A stretch of 61,795 bases of DNA, filler included, from Clostridia bacterium (GTDB lineage: Bacteria > CBDUZB01 > JAGLHV01): NCBI GenBank assembly GCA_030637025.1. It is 6 parts of 6 records of this genome, joined end to end, with 100 filler letters (N's around TTAATTAATTAA, not from the genome) between each part and the next. Parts side by side here need not be neighbours in the genome. Positions count along the whole stretch, not along the records: positions 8,499 to 31,290 come from DAOVVV010000038.1; 5 more parts are not named here. The stretch is one strand, 5' to 3'. The stretch's first letter is position 1. Each line of letters opens with the position of its first letter. Below are positions 17,935 to 27,230 of the stretch, piece after piece. Made by a program: the position numbers and the translations under genes. The notes beneath the pieces are model-generated. The model did no database searches. It saw nothing but the letters and a program-made list of their open reading frames with translations, and was not told the DNA's origin.

Positions 17935-18843
17935 TTAAAATCCCTCTCTTAAGTCTAATAAGCGTTTTTTATTTACTTTCAATATTGTCATTGCAAATTC
18001 AACGGCAATTTCAGAAATTAATTCATTTGGTATCTTAGCAAAAATATTTTTTATTTCAATCGGGGATATCCCCTCTAACTTAGTTAACCAAAAATTTGCT
18101 GCCTCTTTATTTTGTTTAGCAACAGTAATAAATACTTCTATTGTTTTCAAGTGTTTTAATCCTTTACCATAAAACGCCGATTTTGCTTTTTTAACAAAAG
18201 CCTCTATATTATAATATTTATCATTGGTAATTAATCGTTCGCTTCTTTCTTTATCTAATACCCTACATCCCAAGCCAGATGCATGATCATATGTCGGTGC
18301 AAGATGTATTGTTTTGTTTTTAACATCAAATACAAAACCCCAGTTCTCATGATGGCGGTCGGGATTAGAAATCCAACAGTCAAACATTAAATAGCCTACA
18401 AACATGTCTAATGGCTTCTGAATTATACTATTCTTTTTATAGCCAAGTGGAAGTACCACAGGTACTCTTTTGATAATTTCTATAACTGTAGAAATTTTAT
18501 ACTCTCGAACTTTATAAAAATTATTCATTCTATAATCCTTCACAACTTTTGCCAATATTTCATTCCCATGAATAAGCCTACCGTTTTGAGGAACAAAAAG
18601 TTGCGATGTTACACCCTCTTTCCCATTCCATACTGCAAATTCATACTCAGCACAGGGTAACTCTAAAAGTTTTGCTAATTCACTTGCAACTTTTTCTGAC
18701 CAATTTTCTCCTGTCCCAGGTCTACCAATCTTAAATAATTTTATCGTCTTATCTTCATTATAAAACCAAAACTTTTCCTTTGTTCCAAGCTGTTCAATGG
18801 AATCAGATTTATCGTTTTGAATTTTAAATACAGAATATTTCAT
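17935..18843 (-). CDS. HipA/CtkA-like Ser/Thr kinase
   Basis: LGTKEKFW, LFK, ENWSEK, FDCWISNPDRHHENWG, LAPTYDHASGL. ATG 18843 preferred over TTG 18903. Confidence 0.85.
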   Translation of the reverse strand: MKYSVFKIQNDKSDSIEQLGTKEKFWFYNEDKTIKLFKIGRPGTGENWSEKVASELAKLLELPCAEYEFAVWNGKEGVTSQLFVPQNGRLIHGNEILAKVVKDYRMNNFYKVREYKISTVIEIIKRVPVVLPLGYKKNSIIQKPLDMFVGYLMFDCWISNPDRHHENWGFVFDVKNKTIHLAPTYDHASGLGCRVLDKERSERLITNDKYYNIEAFVKKAKSAFYGKGLKHLKTIEVFITVAKQNKEAANFWLTKLEGISPIEIKNIFAKIPNELISEIAVEFAMTILKVNKKRLLDLREGF

Positions 18844-19015
18844 TATTTTTCTCTTTAATGCTGTTATAATTTTTATGCTAATTATATATAAATTAAAAAA
18901 CAAAGCATAATTAAAATAATTTCCCTACAATTATGTGCATCGATATTTCTATATTGTTCAAAGTTATATTAATAGTTATTTAACGATTTAACAATGTCCC
19001 CCTATTCCCCTATTT

Positions 19016-19038
19016 CGCAGGCTAAAGCCTGCGACTAC
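19016..19038 (-). repeat. GTAG-type REP-like palindrome
   Basis: Minus strand GTAGTCGCAGGCTTTAGCCTGCG; a relative lies at 39769-39791. Confidence 0.7.
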
Positions 19039-19894
19039 CATTACTGATTTGTTTTTGTAGGATTTTTTTCATTAGTTCTTTGGGGGCTTCTTTTCCTGTC
19101 CATATTTTAAAAGCAAGGGCACCCTGATTTAAGAGCATACCCAATCCTCCCAGGGTTTTTGCACCTTTATCTTTTGCCGATTTTAGTAAAGCCGTCTCCC
19201 GATTATAAACCACATCGTAAACAAATAAGTCTTTTCTTAAATTATCTTTCTTTACCAGTGCAGAATCACCATCATTCATCCCTATCGGAGTTGCGTTTAA
19301 AAGAATATCTACCTCCGCTATTCTAGCGGAAAAATATTTTTCATCAAAATCAACAATTTCTACCGAACAGGTATTGAAATACTTTCTTATGCGATTAAAT
19401 AAAACATGACTTTTTTCTCCTATTACATCAGTAAGATACAGTCTTTCTATTCCTTCTTTTGCCAGCATAAGAGCCAAAGCATGACCCGCCCCTCCTGCCC
19501 CTATTAAAAAAGCAGACTTTCCCCGGGAAATAAATTGTCCCTCTTCTCTTAATGAATTAATAAACCCTATTCCATCGGTATTGTATCCCACCAATTTCCC
19601 CTGCTCATTATGAACAGTATTTACCGCACCAATCATTTCCGCCACCGGGTCAATTTTATCCAGAAATTCAATAACCTTTTGCTTGTGGGGAACAGTAATA
19701 TTAACACCGGTTATAGATAATGCCTTTATTGCTTTAACTGCCGCAGGTAAATTATCAGGCTCAACACAAAAAGGCAAATAAACAAAATCTAACCCTAATT
19801 TCTCAAAAGCAGCATTGTGCATCGGAGGAGAAAAAGAATGTTTAACCGGAAAACCGAAAATACCTACAGTTTGTGTTTTTCCTTTTATAGTCAT
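19022..19894 (-). CDS. aroE: Shikimate dehydrogenase
   Basis: HSFSPPMHN, NITVPHK, GAVNT, NTDGIG, GAGGAG, NATPIG, GMLLNQG. Confidence 0.95.
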   Translation of the reverse strand: MTIKGKTQTVGIFGFPVKHSFSPPMHNAAFEKLGLDFVYLPFCVEPDNLPAAVKAIKALSITGVNITVPHKQKVIEFLDKIDPVAEMIGAVNTVHNEQGKLVGYNTDGIGFINSLREEGQFISRGKSAFLIGAGGAGHALALMLAKEGIERLYLTDVIGEKSHVLFNRIRKYFNTCSVEIVDFDEKYFSARIAEVDILLNATPIGMNDGDSALVKKDNLRKDLFVYDVVYNRETALLKSAKDKGAKTLGGLGMLLNQGALAFKIWTGKEAPKELMKKILQKQISNGSRRL

Positions 19895-19898
19895 AAAA

Positions 19899-20915
19899 TT
19901 ACCTCCTTTTTTGGTAAATATCGGAATTTTTCAAGCCCGAAGAAATAAGCATTTTTCCTCTATCATCTATAATTATTCCTTCTACATCCGGCAAATCTTC
20001 TATTAATCTCATCCCATCGATAGAACCCAAAACTAAAATTCCGGTAGACAATCCATCGGCTAAAGCACTATTATCAGCTATTATCGTTACACTTATACAT
20101 TCTACGGCAGGACTACCTGTTCGAGGGTCTATAATGTGGTGATACCTTACGCCTTCTTTTTCAAAAAACCTTTCGTAATCTCCCGAAGTAAATATTGCTT
20201 TATTTTCCAGGTTAAGCGTTCCCAGGATTTCTTCTTTTAGCCGGGGATGTTGGAGAGCAATTGACCATTTTTCATTTTTGTCCTTACCTAAAACAAAAAC
20301 ATCCCCTCCGGCATTAATCAAAGCATTTTTAATTTTATATTCCTTTAAAACTCTAACAGCACAATCTACCGCATAACCTTTAGCTATTCCGCCTAAATCT
20401 ACGGCCGTTCCTTTTTTCTTAAAATATATTCGGTTATTATCCCCAAAAACAATATTTTTGTAATTAACCAATCCTTGCAAAGAGGATATTTCTTCTTTAT
20501 CAGGAACTTTTTGTTTAGCTATTTTTTCTTTCCATAAAACGGACAAAGGAGCAATAGTAATATCAAAAGCTCCTCCGGTTAAACTACCTACCCGGCAGGA
20601 CTGTTTTAATAGAGAATATAATTGAGGACTTAGTTTGGCCTGACCCTGTTGGTTAAGTACGGAAATTTCACTTTCCTTTTTAAAAATACTGGCAATTTGT
20701 TCTATTTTTTTTATTTTACCAAAAGCACTATTTATTGCTTTATCCGCATTTAATTTATCTTTATCCCAAACTGTAATTTCCACAAAAGTTCCCATTAAAG
20801 AAGTATCCTTTTTGAGCTTAACCTCTCTACAGCCCAAAAAACAAAAAACAATTATTCCACACCCGACAACAAATATAATTTGCTTTTCTTTAAGAAAACT
20901 TAATTTCAGCCTCAT
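19899..20915 (-). CDS. apbE: FAD:protein FMN transferase
   Basis: MGTF, GAFDIT, DLGGIAKGYAVD, NAGGD, TSGDYERF, HHIIDPRTG; located in the rnf operon. Confidence 0.93.
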   Translation of the reverse strand: MRLKLSFLKEKQIIFVVGCGIIVFCFLGCREVKLKKDTSLMGTFVEITVWDKDKLNADKAINSAFGKIKKIEQIASIFKKESEISVLNQQGQAKLSPQLYSLLKQSCRVGSLTGGAFDITIAPLSVLWKEKIAKQKVPDKEEISSLQGLVNYKNIVFGDNNRIYFKKKGTAVDLGGIAKGYAVDCAVRVLKEYKIKNALINAGGDVFVLGKDKNEKWSIALQHPRLKEEILGTLNLENKAIFTSGDYERFFEKEGVRYHHIIDPRTGSPAVECISVTIIADNSALADGLSTGILVLGSIDGMRLIEDLPDVEGIIIDDRGKMLISSGLKNSDIYQKRR

Positions 20916-20953
20916 TTTGATTTTTTTTCTTTTTTACTTTTTATTATTTTTTT

Positions 20954-21946
20954 CTATATTACCAGATTAATTTCATTTCCACACTTCTTACATTTATTTT
21001 TATCTACGTCTAATACTTTTACCTGCAAACCATCCCTGCGTACAAGAATTTCCTTACAGAAAGAACAATAAGTATCTTTAGGTTTATTGTCCTCTACATA
21101 AACAAATCTCATCTTTTTTTTCGCAATATCCCCGGCTTTTATTAAAGTACTTAAAGGGGTCACATCTTTTACCATTTCATAAGCAGGAAAATAACGCAAA
21201 AAATGTAGAGGAATCCGGGGATTTAAAGAATAAAGCCAGTCAACTAAAGCTTCTATTTCCTCTTCTGAATCATTTAACTCCGGAATAAGTAATACATTTA
21301 CTTCTAAATGCACACCACTTTTTACTGCTAATTCTATACTTCTTAACACATCATCGAGATTTCCGCCACAAACCCGCTTATAAAAATCATCATTAAAAGA
21401 TTTGAGACCAATACTTAAGGCATCAACATATAATAAAATGTCCGCCAAGGGTTTTTCATTAATAAACCCATTAATCAGTAAAACATTTTTTAAATTATGC
21501 CTGCGGGCTTTAACTATTGCTTCCATCAGATACTCAAAATTAATCATAGGTTCATTATAATCATAAGCAATCCCAAATGAAAGAAATTGTTTGGCTAAAA
21601 TAACAGCTTCATCAGCAGAAATCTTATGAGTGGGAACATCGTCTATACTTACCCGGGAAATCTTACTCTGATTACAAAATTTACAACGCAGATTACAACC
21701 CACTGTTCCTAAAGAAAGAATTTTTTTTCCCGGATGAAAATGATAAAGATGTCTTTTTTCTATCGGTTCTATATAAGAAGCAGTAAATTCCTCATAAATA
21801 AACGAATACAACTTACCCTTTTCGTTTCTTCTAACCCGGCAAAAGCCTTCATGGCCCTCAGGAATAATACATTTATGAGGACATAACAAACATTGCACTG
21901 CATTTTCTACTTCCTCGCTTTGGGTATAATATAAAGCTTCCTTCAT
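20954..21946 (-). CDS. amrS: AmmeMemoRadiSam-type radical SAM enzyme (divergent)
   Basis: CLLCPHKC..G.C.VR.N, PIEK..LYHFHPG, GCNLRCKFC, YNEP, PLHFLRYFPAY, C-terminal CxxC pairs. Confidence 0.8.
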   Translation of the reverse strand: MKEALYYTQSEEVENAVQCLLCPHKCIIPEGHEGFCRVRRNEKGKLYSFIYEEFTASYIEPIEKRHLYHFHPGKKILSLGTVGCNLRCKFCNQSKISRVSIDDVPTHKISADEAVILAKQFLSFGIAYDYNEPMINFEYLMEAIVKARRHNLKNVLLINGFINEKPLADILLYVDALSIGLKSFNDDFYKRVCGGNLDDVLRSIELAVKSGVHLEVNVLLIPELNDSEEEIEALVDWLYSLNPRIPLHFLRYFPAYEMVKDVTPLSTLIKAGDIAKKKMRFVYVEDNKPKDTYCSFCKEILVRRDGLQVKVLDVDKNKCKKCGNEINLVI

Positions 21947-21990
21947 ATCCCCTCCTTACTTAAACATTATTAATCAATTAAGCTTAAAAA

Positions 21991-22803
21991 CTAAGATAAA
22001 AATTGTGTTTGTGCTGAAACATTTACGGAAAAGATACTTTTTGTAGGACATTTTTCCACACACATACCACAATTATTACATTTGTCGTAATCAATAATGG
22101 CTAAATTATCTTCCAATCGTATCGCTCCCCTGGGACAAACTTTAACACAAATACCACATCCTATACATCCTTTTTTACAGTTTTCACGCACTATTTTCCC
22201 TTTATCTCTTGAACTGCATAAAATATAAACTCGCTGCCTTTCAGGGATAAGTTTAATAATCCCTTTAGGACAAGCCGGAACACAAAGACCGCAGCTCCTA
22301 CATTTTTCCCGGTCAATAATAGGAATCCCCTCATCCATTTTAATTGCTCCAAATGGACATACCCGCATACAAGTTCCTAAACCCAAACAAGCCCAGGCAC
22401 ATTCCTTGCTTCCTTCCGACATTAAATTTGCTGCAGTACAATCTTCTATTCCTTCATAATTAAATCTGTCTTTGCTAATTCCCTCTTTCCCCTGACAGAG
22501 AACAACAGCTACAGTATTTTCTTTTATTTTTGCTTCTCTTCCTAAAACATCACTAATCTGATGAACGACTGTTTCTCCTCCCAAAGCACATTTTTCTATA
22601 TCCGTCTTTTCTTCCACACATGCTGCAGCATAACCGGCACAACCGGCAAATCCACAAGCACCACAATTTGAACCGGGTAAAATCTGTAAAATTTTCTCTT
22701 CTGTAGGATCTCTTTTTACTGCTAATTTCTTTCCGATAAAAGCTAATCCCAAACCAAAAAATAAACCAATCCCACCCAGAAATAAAATAGAATTTAATAT
22801 CAT
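21991..22803 (-). CDS. rnfB: Rnf complex subunit B
   Basis: LPGSNCGACGFAGC plus multiple ferredoxin CxxCxxCxxxCP motifs. ATG 22803 preferred. Confidence 0.92.
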   Translation of the reverse strand: MILNSILFLGGIGLFFGLGLAFIGKKLAVKRDPTEEKILQILPGSNCGACGFAGCAGYAAACVEEKTDIEKCALGGETVVHQISDVLGREAKIKENTVAVVLCQGKEGISKDRFNYEGIEDCTAANLMSEGSKECAWACLGLGTCMRVCPFGAIKMDEGIPIIDREKCRSCGLCVPACPKGIIKLIPERQRVYILCSSRDKGKIVRENCKKGCIGCGICVKVCPRGAIRLEDNLAIIDYDKCNNCGMCVEKCPTKSIFSVNVSAQTQFLS

Positions 22804-22853
22804 TTTTATCCTCAGATACTTCACTATATATTTAATCAACTTCCAGTACTAAA

Positions 22854-23441
22854 TTATAATCCAAACAGCCCTTTAAATCCCAGAAAAGAAAGAGACATTA
22901 AACCGGCTATAAAAAAAGATATGGGATACCCTTTCAAAGGTTCGGGTACAGGAGCCAGTTCAACCCTTTCTCTGATATAAGAAAAAAGCACAATAGCTAT
23001 AGTATACCCCGCTGCTACACCCCAGGTATATATTAAACCTCTGATAAAACTGAAATTATAGTCAATATTTAAAAAAGCAACGGCTAAAATAGCACAATTA
23101 GTAGTAACTAAAGGTAGATAAACCCCTAAAGCTCTGTAAAGCCCGGGGAAAAATTTTTTCATAAATATTTCTTCCAGCTGAACCAGGGAAGCAATAACAA
23201 TAATAAAAGTTGCCGTTCTTAAAAATTCTAATTGCAAAGGTATTAAAACATAATAATAAAGAATCCAGGTTACCATAGAGGCCATGGTCATCACAAAAAA
23301 AACCGCTGCACTCATTCCCAGGGAAGCCTTTATTCTACCGGACACGCCAAAGAAAGAACAAAGTCCCAGAAAACGGATAAGTAAAATATTATTGATCAGT
23401 AATGCCGATATAAATATACCCAGTAAATTTACTTCTTCCAT
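22854..23441 (-). CDS. rnfA: Rnf complex subunit A
   Basis: NNILL.RFLGLC, LGVYLPLVTTNCAIL. Confidence 0.93.
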   Translation of the reverse strand: MEEVNLLGIFISALLINNILLIRFLGLCSFFGVSGRIKASLGMSAAVFFVMTMASMVTWILYYYVLIPLQLEFLRTATFIIVIASLVQLEEIFMKKFFPGLYRALGVYLPLVTTNCAILAVAFLNIDYNFSFIRGLIYTWGVAAGYTIAIVLFSYIRERVELAPVPEPLKGYPISFFIAGLMSLSFLGFKGLFGL

Positions 23442-23473
23442 TTCTTGCCTCTCTTCTTTAATGTTAATATTAA

Positions 23474-24061
23474 TTACTTATATTTTTGCCTGTACCAGTT
23501 TAAGACTCCTATTAAGAAACCAATAGTAATAAACCCACCCGGGGGTAAAATCATTATTAATGCCGGATAGGAAACAAAATTACCCAACCCAAAAACAGTC
23601 CCACTTCCCAGTAATTCTCTAATCATTCCTATTATCGTAATTACCAGGGTAAAACCTAATCCCATTCCTAAAGCATCTAATAGGGAATAAAATATATTAT
23701 TCCGGTAGGCAAAAACCTCTGCTCTGCCTAAAATAATACAATTAACTACAATTAACGGAACAAAAACCCCCAGGCTCTTATGTAAAGGAGGATAATATGC
23801 TGCCATTAAATAATCAGTTACGGTAACAAAAGTAGAAATAATAATAATAAAAACAGGGATACGCACCCCGTCCGGAATAAATTTTCTAAAAAGAGAAACT
23901 ACCAGATTAGAGCCTACTAAAACAAACAAAACAGCGATGCCCATTCCTAAACTATTTATTGCTGTTGCCGAAACCGCTAATAAGGGACATAACCCCAGCA
24001 ATAAAATTAAAACCGGATTTTCTTTTATAATGCCTTTAGTAAACTCATTCCACCTGATCAT
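23474..24061 (-). CDS. rnfE: Rnf complex subunit E
   Basis: ENPV..LLGLCPLLAV, VRIP, PLIVVNCIILGRAE, LPPGGF. Confidence 0.93.
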   Translation of the reverse strand: MIRWNEFTKGIIKENPVLILLLGLCPLLAVSATAINSLGMGIAVLFVLVGSNLVVSLFRKFIPDGVRIPVFIIIISTFVTVTDYLMAAYYPPLHKSLGVFVPLIVVNCIILGRAEVFAYRNNIFYSLLDALGMGLGFTLVITIIGMIRELLGSGTVFGLGNFVSYPALIMILPPGGFITIGFLIGVLNWYRQKYK

Positions 24062-24614
24062 CTTTATCTTCTTTCCTTAAATAATAATTTTCATTTAACC
24101 AATTTAAACATTTTTTACTTCCCACGGTCACTGCCTGAGAAGAAATAGTTGCTCCGGTAATAGCATCTATTTTTCCGGATGAATCTTTTTTACTTAACAT
24201 TAAATCATCATTTTTTTTCCCGACAAACTGTTTAAGAAAACTTTCCTGAGTAATTTTTGCTCCTAAACCAGGTGTTTCCGTATGTTGAAGGACTTTTAAC
24301 CCATTTATTTCTGCTTCATTATTTAATCCAATAATCATATCGATTTTACCGCTATATCCTTTAGCTGAAATATTCATTACCACTCCTACCCGGTTACCAA
24401 TATCATTATACCCTATATTTAATTCTTTTTTCCCGATTTTAAGCGGTTCAAACACTACTGCCTGGGAAAGAACTTCTTTTTGGGCAATTCTAATTCTTTT
24501 TTCCCTTTGTTGATCAATTAAAGGTTTAGTTTTCTGATAAACAAAAGATAAAACCGCTGCAGAGATAACACAAACAACAGTTAAAACAAACCCTGTTTTA
24601 AATACATTTTTCAT
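24045..24614 (-). CDS. rnfG: Rnf complex subunit G
   Basis: GYSG, HTETPGLG, FMN site DAITGATISS. Confidence 0.92.
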   Translation of the reverse strand: MKNVFKTGFVLTVVCVISAAVLSFVYQKTKPLIDQQREKRIRIAQKEVLSQAVVFEPLKIGKKELNIGYNDIGNRVGVVMNISAKGYSGKIDMIIGLNNEAEINGLKVLQHTETPGLGAKITQESFLKQFVGKKNDDLMLSKKDSSGKIDAITGATISSQAVTVGSKKCLNWLNENYYLRKEDKDDQVE

Positions 24615-25555
24615 GGCGTCTTGCTCCTGAGGGAAACAGTTCCAAATCTTTTAGGTTTGGTATATTGATCTATTAAAGGAACAAACATATTCATAATTAA
24701 TATAGCATAACAAACACCTTCCGGGGTACCCCCTTTAAAACGAATCAGAATGGTTAACAAGCCGCATCCTATTCCAAAAAATACTTTTCCGGATTTAGTA
24801 AGGGGAGAAGTAACTATATCCGTAGCCATAAAAAACGCCCCCAAAATTAATCCCCCACTCATAACATTAAATAATAAATCCCCGCCCATAAGTATAGAGA
24901 GAATTCCTACAGTTGAAATAAAAAATAAAGGAGTATGTATTTTAATTTGTTTTTTATATAAAAGATATCCTGCCCCTATTAATAAAGCCAAAGTCGAAGT
25001 TTCCCCCAGACAACCTACCCGGTTGCCTAAAAATAAATCCAGGTAAGATGGTAATGGATTATCCAATCCCATTTTAACTATATCTAAGGGAGAGGCACTG
25101 GTAATTCCATCAAAAGGAGTAGTCCAGGTAGTCATCTGTATCGGCCAGGAAACCAGTAATACTGCCCTGCCCACCAGTACCGGATTAAAAGGATTATTAC
25201 CTAATCCTCCAAAAATCTGTTTGCCCAGCAAAATGGAAAGCACAGCACCAACAGCAACCAACCACCAGGGAGAACCGGGAGGTAACACAAAAGCCAAAAG
25301 AATCCCGGTAACTACTGCACTTAAATCATTTATAGTTATTTCCTTTCCAAAAATCTTTTGAGAAAAAAACTCCGTTCCGACACAAAAAATGACACTTATC
25401 AAAACCAACATTAAAGAATACCACCCAAATAAATATACCGATACTATTAAAGCCGGAAATAAAGCTATAATTACATCCAGCATTATGGAAGAAACAGTTT
25501 CTTTTCCTTTTATATGCGGCGAAACAGAAACAACTAACTGGTCTTTCACTAACAA
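24611..25555 (-). CDS. rnfD: Rnf complex subunit D
   Basis: SPH, DLSAVVTG, KQIFGGLGNNPFNP, GCLGETS, FFMATD. Probable TTG start. Confidence 0.92.
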   Translation of the reverse strand: MLVKDQLVVSVSPHIKGKETVSSIMLDVIIALFPALIVSVYLFGWYSLMLVLISVIFCVGTEFFSQKIFGKEITINDLSAVVTGILLAFVLPPGSPWWLVAVGAVLSILLGKQIFGGLGNNPFNPVLVGRAVLLVSWPIQMTTWTTPFDGITSASPLDIVKMGLDNPLPSYLDLFLGNRVGCLGETSTLALLIGAGYLLYKKQIKIHTPLFFISTVGILSILMGGDLLFNVMSGGLILGAFFMATDIVTSPLTKSGKVFFGIGCGLLTILIRFKGGTPEGVCYAILIMNMFVPLIDQYTKPKRFGTVSLRSKTP

Positions 25556-25580
25556 CTCCCTATTATGAATTTCCTACCCA

Positions 25581-25662
25581 ATCCGCCTTAAAGACCGGCA
25601 AACCCACCTTATCCGATTGAGGCGGAGCGGGCCTACCTTATAGACTGGCAAACAAGCAGGCG
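25581..25662. repeat. Dispersed 'atcc(g/a)ccttaaagac(t/c)ggcaa' repeat, two copies between rnfC and rnfD
   Basis: Similar units at 25581, 25632, 29816 and 61683. Confidence 0.6.
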
Positions 25663-25667
25663 AAATT

Positions 25668-26984
25668 TTAATTTTTTTTCAACTTATTGATTTCTACCTT
25701 TGCCCATTTTACATATTGAACAATAGGTTTCTTTGCCGGGCAAACATAAGCACAAGCACCGCATTCTATACAATCCAAAACACCATATTTTTTTGTTTCT
25801 TCCCAGTTTTTATTCTCGGCATAAAGAGAAATCATACAGGGAGATAAACCCATAGGACAAGCATCAATACATTTAGAACAGCGGATACAATTCCGTAGAT
25901 ATTCTTTTTTTAATTCCTGTTTACCAAAAACTAAAATTCCGGAAGTTCCTTTCACCACAGGAACTTCCAAATTATATTGGGTAATTCCCATCATTGGACC
26001 ACCCATAATCACTTTTCCCGGCACAGAACTAAACCCGCCACATTCCTCGATTAAAAAAGAAATAGAACTTCCTATTCTTACTCTTAAATTTTTGGGAGCG
26101 AAAACTCCCCATCCGCTTACTGTAACAATCCGGGAAACCAGTGGAATACCTCGCATCACCGCTTCTCTTATGGCAAAAGAAGTTCCTACATTATCTACTA
26201 ATACCCCCACATCCATAGGTAACCCGCCGGAAGGAACTTCTCTGTTTAATACAGCTTTAATTAACTGTTTCTCTCCTCCCTGCGGATATTTTTCTTTTAA
26301 TATTTTTAAACTTATATTAGGCTGTTTGGCAATCTCTTTTTTCAATATCCTTATCGCCCGCGGTTTATTCTCTTCCACTCCTACAACTCCCCAGGAAGCA
26401 TTTACGGTTTGCATTATTATTTTCAAACCTTCAATAATTTCCACCGGATGTTTAACCATCAACTGTTCATCAGCGGAAAGATAAGGTTCACATTCTACAC
26501 CATTTAAAATAACCGTATCTATTTCTTTATGGGGAGACAATTTTATATGAGTAGGAAAAGCTGCTCCCCCCAATCCCACAATACCTGCTTCTTTAATAAT
26601 GTTACAAATTTGTTTTGGGGACAAACGAAAATAATCCTCGTGTATTTTTCTCTTTTCTATCCACTCATCCCGCCCATCTGATTTAATAATCACTGCCAAA
26701 TCTTTTTTGCCTGAAACAGGATGTAGGTGTAAACAAATATCAATCACTTCTCCTGAAATACTGGAATGAACAGGAACAGAAACATTGCCTTGTGCTTCTC
26801 CGATTTTTTGTCCGACTTTTACTTTTTCTCCCTTAGAAACTATTGGTTGTGCAGGTTTTCCGATATGCTGAACTAAAGGAATAACTACTTGCTGCGGAAT
26901 ACTCGTTTCTTTTATTTCTTCCCCAACGGTCAATTGCTTACAAGCTAAAAGATGAATTCCGGCTTTAAAAGTAACTTTTTTCAT
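25668..26984 (-). CDS. rnfC: Rnf complex subunit C
   Basis: QHIG.PA, GIVGLGGAAFPT, NGVECEPYL, YPQGGEKQL, GGPMMG, two 4Fe-4S motifs. Confidence 0.95.
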   Translation of the reverse strand: MKKVTFKAGIHLLACKQLTVGEEIKETSIPQQVVIPLVQHIGKPAQPIVSKGEKVKVGQKIGEAQGNVSVPVHSSISGEVIDICLHLHPVSGKKDLAVIIKSDGRDEWIEKRKIHEDYFRLSPKQICNIIKEAGIVGLGGAAFPTHIKLSPHKEIDTVILNGVECEPYLSADEQLMVKHPVEIIEGLKIIMQTVNASWGVVGVEENKPRAIRILKKEIAKQPNISLKILKEKYPQGGEKQLIKAVLNREVPSGGLPMDVGVLVDNVGTSFAIREAVMRGIPLVSRIVTVSGWGVFAPKNLRVRIGSSISFLIEECGGFSSVPGKVIMGGPMMGITQYNLEVPVVKGTSGILVFGKQELKKEYLRNCIRCSKCIDACPMGLSPCMISLYAENKNWEETKKYGVLDCIECGACAYVCPAKKPIVQYVKWAKVEINKLKKN

Positions 26985-27063
26985 AATAAACCCTATTTTT
27001 TAAACAATAATTTACAACACAAACAGCACAAACCTTAATAAAAATAAACTAACAACGGAATGA

Positions 27064-27092
27064 ATTATACATAAAAAATACAAACGCGTCAA
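27064..27092 (-). promoter_or_regulatory. Sigma70 promoter of the rnf operon
   Basis: TTGACG-17 nt-TATAAT on the minus strand. Confidence 0.75.
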
Positions 27093-27230
27093 GAAAAAAC
27101 AAACCATAGATTAGAAAAGAAATTCTGCATCCTGAGACTTGAAAATTCTTTGGATTTCTTTAATAATATGTTTTAAAAAGGCAGGATACTACGGAAGAAA
27201 CCTTAATCGGTAAAATAAATTTAACTTTTT

